DNA of 38,017 bases, from positions 1 to 38,017 of the forward strand of contig JAQBFN010000013.1 in the NCBI GenBank assembly GCA_032123335.1, read 5' to 3'. The notes under the pieces are model-generated. The model did not search any database and had not been told where the DNA came from. It saw only the letters and a list, made by a program, of their open reading frames with translations. This document shows positions 1-8,330 of the stretch, piece after piece. Numbering within the stretch: the first letter of the stretch is position 1; every line of letters begins with the position of its first letter. The DNA is from Candidatus Micrarchaeota archaeon (lineage in GTDB: Archaea > Micrarchaeota > Micrarchaeia > Anstonellales > Bilamarchaeaceae). Both the position numbers and the translations under genes were made by a program.

Positions 1-321
1 AAAAAAGAAGATTACACTGAAGTTGCAGTATTTCCCCTGATGAAGAAGCCCGAGCTTAGGGAGCCTGCAAGAGAGCTTGCAGCACAGCTCAGGGATGCGG
101 GCATCAACACCCAATTTTCGTATGTAGGCTCAATAGGGAAAAGATATGCCCGTGCGGATGAGGTGGGAATTCCCTATGCAGTAACAATAGACTACGATAC
201 TCTAGAGGACGGAACGGTTACGATAAGATTCAGGAACGATGGGCAGCAGGAGAGGGTAAAGAAGGAAGAGCTTGCTGAAAAATTAAAAAATTATAAAAAA
301 GAAGGAAAATTCACACTTTGA
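1..321 (+). CDS. glyS: glycyl-tRNA synthetase (archaeal/eukaryal type), C-terminal anticodon-binding domain, 5' partial
   Basis: VAVFPL...GSIGKRYARADEVGIPYAVTIDYDTLEDGTVTIR is the class IIa anticodon-binding motif of GlyRS. The frame is open to position 1; the first ~21 nt are probably chimeric. Confidence 0.85.
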   Translation, partial: KKEDYTEVAVFPLMKKPELREPARELAAQLRDAGINTQFSYVGSIGKRYARADEVGIPYAVTIDYDTLEDGTVTIRFRNDGQQERVKKEELAEKLKNYKKEGKFTL

Positions 322-703
322 GCAGTTCCTTTACTTTCTGGAGATGCTCTTCAATAGGCTTCACTGCAACTTCAGTGTAATCTTCTTTTTTGTTTACAAT
401 ATAAACGCTTTCAAGGTCAATTCCCCGGTTTGCCATTTTCCTGGTGAGCTTTCCAAGCTCCCCCGGCCGGTTCATCATTCTTGTTACAATGACATCTGAA
501 ACAACGATTCCCTTTACACCCTGTGTCTTGTCCAGTGCCTTCCTTGCGCTTGTGGCGTCGTTGGTGAGAATCCTGAACACTGCCTGTCCTCCCTGCTCAT
601 AAGCAGCGACTGCCTCAATGTTGATTCCCACTCCTCCAAGCGCTTCAGCTACATTTGCCAGAGTACCAATCCTGTTATCCGTAACGATGCTCAATTCCTT
701 CAT
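311..703 (-). CDS. tandem ACT domain protein
   Basis: DNRIGTLANVAEALGGVGINI and NRPGELGKLTRKMANRGIDL ACT motifs; GGGAGG RBS upstream of the ATG at 703. Confidence 0.85.
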   Translation of the reverse strand: MKELSIVTDNRIGTLANVAEALGGVGINIEAVAAYEQGGQAVFRILTNDATSARKALDKTQGVKGIVVSDVIVTRMMNRPGELGKLTRKMANRGIDLESVYIVNKKEDYTEVAVKPIEEHLQKVKELLKV

Positions 704-749
704 ATCGTTCCTCCCGTAAATGGATTGTTTGGAAGATGTTTTAATTCTA

Positions 750-1613
750 TCAGCTGCAGGTGAGGTCCACATTCATCTCTGCGACCACAAACCTCATGGA
801 CTGGTTGCACACATAATCGGTGCATCCCGCAGCATTGCTTTTCCTGCAGGTTCCCTGTATGCAGATGTACCCTAACTCTCCTTCTCCCTTGAAGTAGCTT
901 GCCTTTACCCCTGAAAGGTCCTTGGTGGTGCTGAGTTTTGCTTCGGGCGGAAACTTGAGCACAGGTGCATAGTAGCACTCCGGGCAGCTTCCCTCTAGCC
1001 AGAACCCAGTTAATGTAATGCTGTCATCTCCGTCCAGCTGCATCTTCTGCCCAGGGTAAATCGTCTGTGTCATGGTGGGCTCTGGTGCCTGGCTTGCAGG
1101 AACCCCTGCAGGGTAAACATTTATTGTTACGTAGCTTCCCGGGCCTGCTGTTGGGGTGCATGCTTTCTTTCCGATAGGATTGTCTTCAGTGCCGCATCCC
1201 TGTATCGGAATGTGGATGCATTCATAATCCGGCCCTCCTGAGCAGAAATCAGTAGTGCATGGATCTCCGTCCGCACATGGCGCGCAGCCAGTATTTACAC
1301 ACGCTCCTTCCTTGCATTCATATACACACTCATGTGTCTGGTATTCCCACTTTCCCTCTACACATTGGAAATCGTAGTAAAGCAGGCTTCCCTCGCAGTG
1401 GTCACTTATCTCCGGAGGGTCGCATCCAAATGCTTCTTCATAATCGTCAGGTTCCTGGTAGAGTTCCTCATAAAGATAGCTCGGCTGGTCATACAGGAAC
1501 GGGGGCTCTCCCCTTGGCTCTTCCTGAACGTCTTCCTGTTGCACACAACCCGAAACAAGCAGCAATGCTGCTAAAGACAAAACAAGTACGAACGTTGCCC
1601 TTTTGGTCGCCAT
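750..1613 (-). CDS. Cys-rich secreted lipoprotein, function unknown
   Basis: Hydrophobic signal peptide with lipobox LLVSGC, many Cys residues, CADGDPCTTDFC motif. Confidence 0.75.
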   Translation of the reverse strand: MATKRATFVLVLSLAALLLVSGCVQQEDVQEEPRGEPPFLYDQPSYLYEELYQEPDDYEEAFGCDPPEISDHCEGSLLYYDFQCVEGKWEYQTHECVYECKEGACVNTGCAPCADGDPCTTDFCSGGPDYECIHIPIQGCGTEDNPIGKKACTPTAGPGSYVTINVYPAGVPASQAPEPTMTQTIYPGQKMQLDGDDSITLTGFWLEGSCPECYYAPVLKFPPEAKLSTTKDLSGVKASYFKGEGELGYICIQGTCRKSNAAGCTDYVCNQSMRFVVAEMNVDLTCS

Positions 1614-1635
1614 ATTCCTCTTTCAAAAGTCATCT

Positions 1636-2214
1636 TTAAAAATCAAGCGCCGCCAAGGCAGTGGGGTCTGCACCCTTTGAAATGTAATACCTGACTTCCC
1701 CTTCAGATCCCTTCACCTTGGCATCTTTTGCCGCCTCATTGAGAACTTCCAGACTGCCTTCAATAATCCTGGCAACCTTAAAATGCCCATTCTCTCTTGC
1801 GTAATCAAAAGCAGTTTTTCCTTTAGTGTCCTTCAAGTATGCCTTTGCCAGGTATTCAAGGAGAATCCTCACTGCTCCCAGGTGCCCGTTTGCAGCAGCA
1901 ACCATGAGCGCGGTCTGCCCAAAATTATTCACAGCATTGGAATCAGCGTTAAGCATCAGGAGTTTTCCTACGCCTCCATCTTCCCCATTAGATGCAGCCC
2001 AAATAAGTGCGGTATTTCCGTTCCTGTCCCTGGAATCCACATTTACTCCTTCCTTTTCCACGAACCATTCAATAAGCCTTCTTTCTCCCTTTGCAGCCAT
2101 CTGCTGGAACGCAAGTATCTTTCTTGGAACCCTTACGCTCTTTACATGCTTCTTGGATTCCATTGCTTTGGCTGCCTGATCCATAACTATCACACAATTA
2201 TTGATTTTAGGCAA
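1636..2214 (-). CDS. ankyrin repeat protein
   Basis: GNTALIWAA, GQTALMVAAANGH and GKTAFDYA ankyrin repeats; start uncertain (TTG 2214 or ATG 2184). Confidence 0.85.
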   Translation of the reverse strand: MPKINNCVIVMDQAAKAMESKKHVKSVRVPRKILAFQQMAAKGERRLIEWFVEKEGVNVDSRDRNGNTALIWAASNGEDGGVGKLLMLNADSNAVNNFGQTALMVAAANGHLGAVRILLEYLAKAYLKDTKGKTAFDYARENGHFKVARIIEGSLEVLNEAAKDAKVKGSEGEVRYYISKGADPTALAALDF

Positions 2215-2234
2215 CTTAATGTTTAAAAACCAGT

Positions 2235-2561
2235 CTATTTTTCGTTTCCGCCCAAAACTCTTATAAGCCAGGCCATCAGGCCCGCTTCCTCTTCTTCATC
2301 GTCCCCGTTGTTTTCATTGAGCCTTTTCTTCCGTTTTTCGTTTATCTCCTTTGCCCGTGCGTACGCCTTGCTCATTTTCCTGCTCTCTTCCTCATGCACT
2401 TCACTTCCCATGGTCAGGTATTTCCTCTTTATGTTGGTCGTGCAATCGTGCCTCCCGGGCATCTTGTGGCCAATGCAGTAGGTATTGCCACAGAGCTTGC
2501 ATTGGTGCATTAGATTCGGGGACCTTTCCCTCAGGCAATGGGCACAGGTTATTTTTTGCAT
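2235..2561 (-). CDS. AN1-type zinc finger protein
   Basis: CAHC-x9-QCKLCGNTYCIGHKMPGRHDC matches the AN1 Zn finger pattern. Confidence 0.75.
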   Translation of the reverse strand: MQKITCAHCLRERSPNLMHQCKLCGNTYCIGHKMPGRHDCTTNIKRKYLTMGSEVHEEESRKMSKAYARAKEINEKRKKRLNENNGDDEEEEAGLMAWLIRVLGGNEK

Positions 2562-2675
2562 GGGAACACCTATCTATTACTTTGGCACAAAATAAGCAGA
2601 ATGCCTGAGAATAATATTCTTGCATTCTTCTTTTAAACCCTTGTGTCCTTTTTCACAGAACAAAAGTAAGGAAAA

Positions 2676-2759
2676 CGCCGGGGGAGGGATTTGAACCCAC
2701 GAATCCTTGCGGAAAACAGATTAGCAGTCTGCCGCCCTACCGGACTAGGCGACCCCAGC
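2676..2759 (-). tRNA. tRNA-Ser(GCT)
   Basis: Acceptor GCTGGGG/CCCCGGC+G, anticodon arm GCAGA-CTGCTAA-TCTGT, long variable arm, GGTTCAAATCC T arm. Confidence 0.93.
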
Positions 2760-2792
2760 AAACGAGTATCTAGTTACTACCCCAAAACATAA

Positions 2793-3248
2793 TTAAATCC
2801 TTCTTAGGGCCAACCCAAGAAGCCCAAGAAGAATAAATGCAGGAAGGCAAACGCCCTCAAGCTTTTCAGTGCTGAGCAAATCCTCGCTGGATTCGGGCGC
2901 AGGCCCATCATCATAAACGCAAGTATGTGAAACACAGCGCTCAAAAGAAAGGTATCCTCCAACGCAAAGCTGAACCCCTACAGAATGCGTGTGCTGTTCC
3001 AGGGGAAGGGGATAAGCAATGGTTATCATTCCCTGTTTTCCAGGTTCAATATTCTTGGAGTACGTATCCCCGATGTGGAAATTGCTGGAAACCCCTCCAT
3101 CATTTACAAAATAAACATCATAGAAAACCTGGTCGAACTGCCGGTGGCCTTCACAGGAAATAACCCGTGGTTGGGGAGAATCCTGCTGCCCGGTTACAAT
3201 GCAGAAAGAAAGAGAAGCTAATGCCAAAACAAAAAGCAAATTTTTCAT
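2793..3248 (-). CDS. secreted, membrane-anchored hypothetical protein
   Basis: Signal peptide MKNLLFVLALASLSFC and C-terminal CLPAFILLGLLGLALRRI anchor. The longer ORF-track start runs through tRNA-Ala. Confidence 0.7.
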   Translation of the reverse strand: MKNLLFVLALASLSFCIVTGQQDSPQPRVISCEGHRQFDQVFYDVYFVNDGGVSSNFHIGDTYSKNIEPGKQGMITIAYPLPLEQHTHSVGVQLCVGGYLSFERCVSHTCVYDDGPAPESSEDLLSTEKLEGVCLPAFILLGLLGLALRRI

Positions 3249-3250
3249 AG

Positions 3251-3322
3251 TGGACTTGGGGGGAGTCGCACCCCCGGCCTCTCCGATGCGAACGGAGCGC
3301 TCTACTACTGAGCTACAAGCCC
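3251..3322 (-). tRNA. tRNA-Ala(CGC)
   Basis: Acceptor GGGCTTG/CAAGTCC+A with G3:U70, anticodon arm CTCCG-TTCGCAT-CGGAG; atypical T loop TGCGACT. Confidence 0.9.
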
Positions 3323-3393
3323 GACATCTTGAAGTGCGCACGAAGCGGCAAAAGCGCTTCATTATGGCGTACGACAGGGTAAAAAGAAAACAA

Positions 3394-3576
3394 CTACTTA
3401 ACAACAACAAGGGGAGTTACTCCCTTCTCGATTTCCGCTTTAGCTACGTTTATGAAAGTAAGCTCAGGAGTTACCTTTATGAGGGGAGGCGCACCCAAAG
3501 AAAGCTGGAGAGCGCGAGCACCCACTATTCTTGCAAATTCAAATGCGTTTAGATTTTTCAAGAAGATCAACCTCAT
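3394..3576 (-). CDS. rpoK: DNA-directed RNA polymerase subunit K (Rpo6/omega)
   Basis: FEFARIVGARALQLSLGAPPLI signature; may start at TTG 3561. Confidence 0.92.
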   Translation of the reverse strand: MRLIFLKNLNAFEFARIVGARALQLSLGAPPLIKVTPELTFINVAKAEIEKGVTPLVVVK

Positions 3577-4352
3577 TTCTTTTTCTTTTTCTTGCCCCGC
3601 ATAAGCTTCCCAATCTCGTCCCGAAGCTTTGGCTTCGGAGACTCCTCTTCTGCGGGCTTATCTTTAAGTTCCATAACCTTTTTTAACTCTATCAACTGCA
3701 CCAGGATCTGCTTCAGGTAGAAAATATCAGTATCTTCCTCGTGTTTTTCCTTTTTCTCCCCCTCCTCTTCAGTTTCCATCCTGTTCCTGCTTCTTTCCAC
3801 GAGCTCCATAGTGTGCTGGACAAAGCTGTGGTAATCTCCCAGCCCGTCAATTATGCCCTCTGATTCCCAGGGGTTTGTTCCGGCGGTCTCTATTTTTACA
3901 GTTGCAAGACCGAGGGAGCGCTGCAGCACATTTCTGTTTATGTTTACGTTCTGTATCTGGGAATATGGGATCACAGTCCTTTCCTTGTTCAGCACACCCT
4001 TCCGTATCACCAGCCTCTTTTTCCTGAACTGGTAGGTGTAATTGTGATAATTCAGCTCTATCCACACAAGGTATGGGAGGAGCAGAAGCACTATCATTGT
4101 AAAGAAGAGGAGCGGGAACAGTCCCCTGTCTATTCCAAAGAGGTTGTCCATGGTGAATCCTGCGACAATCATGAGGATTACCCACGCTACCAGGCCCGCG
4201 GCTATCACACTCATTGACCAATAGATGCGCACCCCTGGGTCCAGATGGTAAACGGGTTCCCCTTCAAGGAGCTCGTCCAGGCCCTCTGTCACTTTGCCCC
4301 TGTCAGCTAAGGTAACCCGTTGTTCCTTCTCGACTTTTACTTCTTCTTCCAT
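3573..4352 (-). CDS. membrane protein with bacterial PH (bPH_2, YdbS-like) domain
   Basis: Two TM helices followed by LVIRKGVL...IPYSQIQNVNINRNVLQRSLGLATVKIETAG. Confidence 0.85.
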   Translation of the reverse strand: MEEEVKVEKEQRVTLADRGKVTEGLDELLEGEPVYHLDPGVRIYWSMSVIAAGLVAWVILMIVAGFTMDNLFGIDRGLFPLLFFTMIVLLLLPYLVWIELNYHNYTYQFRKKRLVIRKGVLNKERTVIPYSQIQNVNINRNVLQRSLGLATVKIETAGTNPWESEGIIDGLGDYHSFVQHTMELVERSRNRMETEEEGEKKEKHEEDTDIFYLKQILVQLIELKKVMELKDKPAEEESPKPKLRDEIGKLMRGKKKKKK

Positions 4353-4354
4353 CA

Positions 4355-4452
4355 TGGGATCGTAGGGATTTGAACCCCAACATGCAGGTTTCTTCTAAAA
4401 TGGGCTTTCGCCCTCTGGAGCCTGCCGCGCTACCAAGTTACGCCACGACCCC
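4355..4452 (-). tRNA. tRNA-Trp(CCA) with 25-nt intron (4390-4414) at position 37/38
   Basis: Acceptor GGGGTCG/CGATCCC+A; GCAGG-CTCCAG[intron]A-CCTGC; GGTTCAAATCC T arm. Confidence 0.9.
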
Positions 4453-4654
4453 TCCCAAGGAGTAAATAGTTGTGAGAAGACTTTAAAAATGCCCGCCTGA
4501 AAAGGCGTTTTCCAAAACTGTTTTTCAACAAATAATTTTTTACTTCTGCAAACTGTTCTATATGTTGCTGAAAATCAACTTCTGTTAAAAACCATTCACG
4601 ACGTGAAAAACAGTGCTTTTATTGGTTGAGTTCTATGTAGGTAAGGGTGACCAG

Positions 4655-4774
4655 ATGACAGCGGAGGAGAAAGTACTCAAAGGCATGTGCCCTGTTTGTG
4701 ATACCCGGCTTGTTTTCCAGGAAGGGTGCAAATCATGCTTCTCCTGCGGCTGGAGCGCCTGCGGAGCAGCCTAG
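4655..4774 (+). CDS. 39-aa Zn-ribbon miniprotein resembling the class II ribonucleotide reductase (NrdJ) C-terminal tail
   Basis: MTAEEKVLKGMCPVCDTRLVFQEGCKSCFSCGWSACGAA; GGTGA RBS at 4646-4650. Confidence 0.75.
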   Translation: MTAEEKVLKGMCPVCDTRLVFQEGCKSCFSCGWSACGAA

Positions 4775-6132
4775 CTCTTTTCCTTAACCTTCTCTATTAT
4801 TTTATCTACTACACTGCCCACGAACCCTTCCCTTATTTTCAAAGAAGCGGCACGTGCATGGCCTCCCCCGCCATCTATAAAATCAGCCATTTCCTCTTTA
4901 AGCGAAGCAATTATCTCGTTTGCATGCACTCCCTTCTCAATTGCTCCATCATTGATCCTGAAGGATAAGCCGTTCTTCCAGACTCCCAGCACAACTGCAG
5001 GAGCTTCACCTGCAAGCTCAAACCCGCGCGTGGTAATCTTTCCCTTCCCGGGGAACTCCTTGCTTTTTACCCGGTCCGCATCCACAGTATAAACTGAGAT
5101 GGGCCCATCAAGGCGTTTCTTCATATTTGCCTTCACATCGTCCGTAATCCTGTCCAGGGATTCCCTTGCCTGCACAAGCACGGAAGCATAGAGCTCCTTA
5201 TTTTCCAGTGCATTCTTGTAGAAATCCAGCTTATTCCCAAAACCCGAGTAGGTAGCCATATAGTCAATTACAATTGCAACTTCCTTGTCTTTTTCTTCAA
5301 CCGGGAGTATGGAGCTCTTGTCCCCTGCGCATGCAATGGGAGCAAGGTATTCAACATCAGGGATTCCGCATGCACGCGCAACCTCCACTGCAAGGTACCC
5401 TGCAACGTAGGAAGAAGCATTCTCAGCATCGCTTACAATCCATGGGCTCAGGAACAAATGTGAATTCTCACCCGCTTTCCCTTCGTTTGGATGGTGGTCA
5501 ATAATCATTACTTCCGCCCCGCTTGCCTTCAGGATTTTGAGGCCTTCAGCACTTTCCACCCCACATCCGAAATCCAGAAGAATAACCATTGGGTTTTTCT
5601 CCCCCTGCAGGTTTCCTATATCCCGCATCGCATCATATACCGTGTAGTTTGCGGAGTTCTGCTGGGAAGTATATGCGCGCACAATCTTCGTAATCGCAAG
5701 AGCCCCGGAAATCCCGTCCGCATCATTATGGAACCTGAGGAGTATGTGCCTGCCAAGTTTTTTTGCAGCAATCAGCTTCTTCGCGCAAAGCAGAATCCGC
5801 TCCTTTAGTTTATCCATGATTTCCCCGGATACAAGAAACGGAACCTCCTTTACCTGCACACCAGCTTCAATCTTTTCAAGGATTTGAGGGTATGCCCCCT
5901 CGCTCTTTTCCAGCGAAGAAACATTCAGCTTCATGAAGCCCCGATCATTGTAAATCTTCCCGGAAACCCTGAGGCCCTCGCCCACATCAAAATGTGAATG
6001 GCTTTCAAACTCAAGCTCCCCTTCCCCATCAGTAATCTTGTAGATGGAGCCTCCCCTGGACCTCATCCTTTTGGAAATAATGCATTCTGCATCAGCTATC
6101 TCGGTTTCTTCACCCACGTTCCTGAAACTCAT
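4771..6132 (-). CDS. archaeal RecJ-like DHH/DHHA1 phosphoesterase with N-terminal OB-like region
   Basis: HNDADG, LDFG, IDHH and GGGHARAA motifs. Confidence 0.88.
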   Translation of the reverse strand: MSFRNVGEETEIADAECIISKRMRSRGGSIYKITDGEGELEFESHSHFDVGEGLRVSGKIYNDRGFMKLNVSSLEKSEGAYPQILEKIEAGVQVKEVPFLVSGEIMDKLKERILLCAKKLIAAKKLGRHILLRFHNDADGISGALAITKIVRAYTSQQNSANYTVYDAMRDIGNLQGEKNPMVILLDFGCGVESAEGLKILKASGAEVMIIDHHPNEGKAGENSHLFLSPWIVSDAENASSYVAGYLAVEVARACGIPDVEYLAPIACAGDKSSILPVEEKDKEVAIVIDYMATYSGFGNKLDFYKNALENKELYASVLVQARESLDRITDDVKANMKKRLDGPISVYTVDADRVKSKEFPGKGKITTRGFELAGEAPAVVLGVWKNGLSFRINDGAIEKGVHANEIIASLKEEMADFIDGGGGHARAASLKIREGFVGSVVDKIIEKVKEKS

Positions 6133-6185
6133 GCTTTTATTTAGCTGGTATCACCCTTAAAAAGTCCTTCTTCCATTTTTTGATT

Positions 6186-6581
6186 ATGTACCGCTACCTT
6201 GAGCACACTGCGGATGAGCTTCTTGAAGTGCAGGCCCCTACGCTCAGCGATGCATTGCATGATGCTGTGCTCGGCTCATTTGATTTGATAGGGAAAGGGC
6301 AAAACGAGGAAGCGGATTTTGAAATAGAGGTGCATTCCCCAACCCTGAAGGACCTGGTTGTGGATTTGCTCCAGCAGGTAGTTGCGCAGTGTGAAATACG
6401 CGAGATTTCCCCGGTCGGAGTAACGGTGCTGGACGTAAATGAAGATGAGCCCTTTGCAAAAATCCTTATCCGCGGGGAGCACGCGGTTCCCCCAAACGAA
6501 ATAAAGGCGGTAACCTACCACCTGCTGAAAGTGGAGCAAAAAGATGGGGACTGGCATTTCAACATACTTTTCGATGTTTAG
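6186..6581 (+). CDS. archease
   Basis: YRYLEHTAD N-terminus and EIKAVTYH...FDV C-terminus. Confidence 0.92.
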   Translation: MYRYLEHTADELLEVQAPTLSDALHDAVLGSFDLIGKGQNEEADFEIEVHSPTLKDLVVDLLQQVVAQCEIREISPVGVTVLDVNEDEPFAKILIRGEHAVPPNEIKAVTYHLLKVEQKDGDWHFNILFDV

Positions 6582-6624
6582 ATAGGTATAAAAAAGGTGG
6601 AAAAGAAGGCGTTTGTGATAGGCG

Positions 6625-7902
6625 ATGTTCAGGTACAAGAACCGGAAAGTGGATGTGAAGAAAGAAACACTCGCTGCACTCACGACCTTCCTTACCGTTT
6701 CCTATATTCTCGTAGTTAACCCGAGCATCCTGAGTGAAGTGGGGATTGACTATAATGCTGCATTTGTAGCAACCGCAATCTCTGCAGGATTTGCAAGCAT
6801 CATATTTGGTCTTATCGCGAACCGGCCCTTTGTGCTTGCTGCAGGGATGGGGCTGAATGCATATTTTGCATATGCCATAATAGCGGGAATGGGCCTTCCT
6901 CTAGGGGCTGCGCTTGCCGCGGTCTTTGCTGCAGGCCTGCTGATGCTGCTTGTTTCAAAATCCGGACTCAAGATAGGTGAAGCGATACCCGAGAGCTTCA
7001 AGCATGCGCTTATTGGGGGGCTTGGACTGTTCCTGGTGCTGATAGGGCTGCAGAATTCTCATCTTGTTGTTTCTGATTCGGTAACGATTGTGGCGTTGGG
7101 GGACGTGGCCTCTGCAGGGGCAGTGGTGGCGATACTGGGTTTCTTCATAACGAGCTTCTTTGTTGCAAGGGGCACAACAGGAGGGCTTTTCATTGGGATT
7201 GTGCTTACCGCAGTGCTTGCGATGTTAGTAGGGCTTACGCCCCTGCCTTCCGGAATTGTGAGCATGCCTCCTCCAATAGACCCACTTATATTCGCAATAG
7301 ACTTTTCCGCGCTTCTTGATGTTGCGCTCCTTCCGGTGATTTGGGCATTTTTCGTAATCTCGTTCTTTGATGAGATTGGGACGATGACTGCGCTTTCTGC
7401 AAAGTCCGGGTATCTGGACAAAAAAGGGAAGGTGAAGGGGCTGGATAAGTCGCTTGGCGCAGGCTCGCTAGGGATGATGGGGGGCGCGGTGCTGGGTGTT
7501 CCCCCGGTAATCCCATTCCTCGAGAGTGCAACAGGGATAAAGGCAGGGGGGCGCACAGGGCTTGTTGCAGTAATTGCGGGTTTGCTCTTCCTGGTTTCGA
7601 TATTCTTCTTTCCGATCATAGAGTCTATTCCAATTGAGGCTGCGGCCCCTGCAATCATTATCGTAGGGCTGCTTATGCTCAGTGGGATAGGGAAGGTGGA
7701 CTACAAGGATTATACGGAGTCGGTTCCCGCGTTGATGACGCTTGCGATTATACCGTTTACGTTTTCAATCGTAAACGGGATTGGAATCGGCTCAATAAGC
7801 TACGTGTTCCTGAAGCTCTCTACAAAGAGGTGGAAGGAAATACACCCCGTAATGTATCTGGTTGCATTCCTTTCTCTGCTGATGTTCCTTGAAGTCATCT
7901 AG
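6625..7902 (+). CDS. NCS2/AzgA-family purine permease
   Basis: YILVVNP, GMGLNAYF and ESATGIKAGGRTGL motifs; multi-TM. Confidence 0.92.
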   Translation: MFRYKNRKVDVKKETLAALTTFLTVSYILVVNPSILSEVGIDYNAAFVATAISAGFASIIFGLIANRPFVLAAGMGLNAYFAYAIIAGMGLPLGAALAAVFAAGLLMLLVSKSGLKIGEAIPESFKHALIGGLGLFLVLIGLQNSHLVVSDSVTIVALGDVASAGAVVAILGFFITSFFVARGTTGGLFIGIVLTAVLAMLVGLTPLPSGIVSMPPPIDPLIFAIDFSALLDVALLPVIWAFFVISFFDEIGTMTALSAKSGYLDKKGKVKGLDKSLGAGSLGMMGGAVLGVPPVIPFLESATGIKAGGRTGLVAVIAGLLFLVSIFFFPIIESIPIEAAAPAIIIVGLLMLSGIGKVDYKDYTESVPALMTLAIIPFTFSIVNGIGIGSISYVFLKLSTKRWKEIHPVMYLVAFLSLLMFLEVI

Positions 7903-7981
7903 CCCTTTCCCCAGGCTTCCCACATTCAATGGAAGATTGTAAAATTGGTCTGTGCACTTAGATACTCCGGGAGGCTGCAAA

Positions 7982-8329
7982 ATGATAGAATTCCTTAGAG
8001 CTAAAATCCACCGTGCTACTGTAACGGAAGCCAATTGTGATTACATGGGAAGCATTTCGATAAGCGAGGAGCTGCTCAGGGCTTCCGGGATAAGGGAATT
8101 TGAAAAGGTCCTTGTAGGGGATATTACAAATGGGGAACGGCTGGAAACGTATGTTATCAAAGGCAAGCCCGGACAGATATGCCTTAATGGTGCAACCGCC
8201 AAAAAAGTAATGGTGGGGGATCTCGTGATTATAATGGCGTTCCAGTTTTTGGAGGAGGGCAAGGAACCCAATCCAAAGATTATTCTGGTAGATGAAAAAA
8301 ACAGGCCCGTGCGCGAACTGAAAGTGTAA
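7982..8329 (+). CDS. panD: aspartate 1-decarboxylase (pyruvoyl-dependent)
   Basis: KIHRATVT, G|S cleavage site, NGERLETY and NGATA motifs; GGAGG RBS. Confidence 0.93.
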   Translation: MIEFLRAKIHRATVTEANCDYMGSISISEELLRASGIREFEKVLVGDITNGERLETYVIKGKPGQICLNGATAKKVMVGDLVIIMAFQFLEEGKEPNPKIILVDEKNRPVRELKV

Positions 8330-8330
8330 G

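Noticed and set aside
3249..3410. N-terminal extension of the 205-aa ORF
   Set aside because: It is translated through tRNA-Ala; the signal peptide starts at 3248.
4384..4425. UGA-recoding tRNA-Trp (the intron would pair perfectly with a TCA anticodon)
   Set aside because: The encoded anticodon is CCA, and TGA acts as a normal stop in many genes here (gatD, ftsZ, rpl11).
4726..4968. 80-aa plus-strand ORF
   Set aside because: It is mostly antisense to the DHH gene; the credible small gene is 4655-4774 in another frame.
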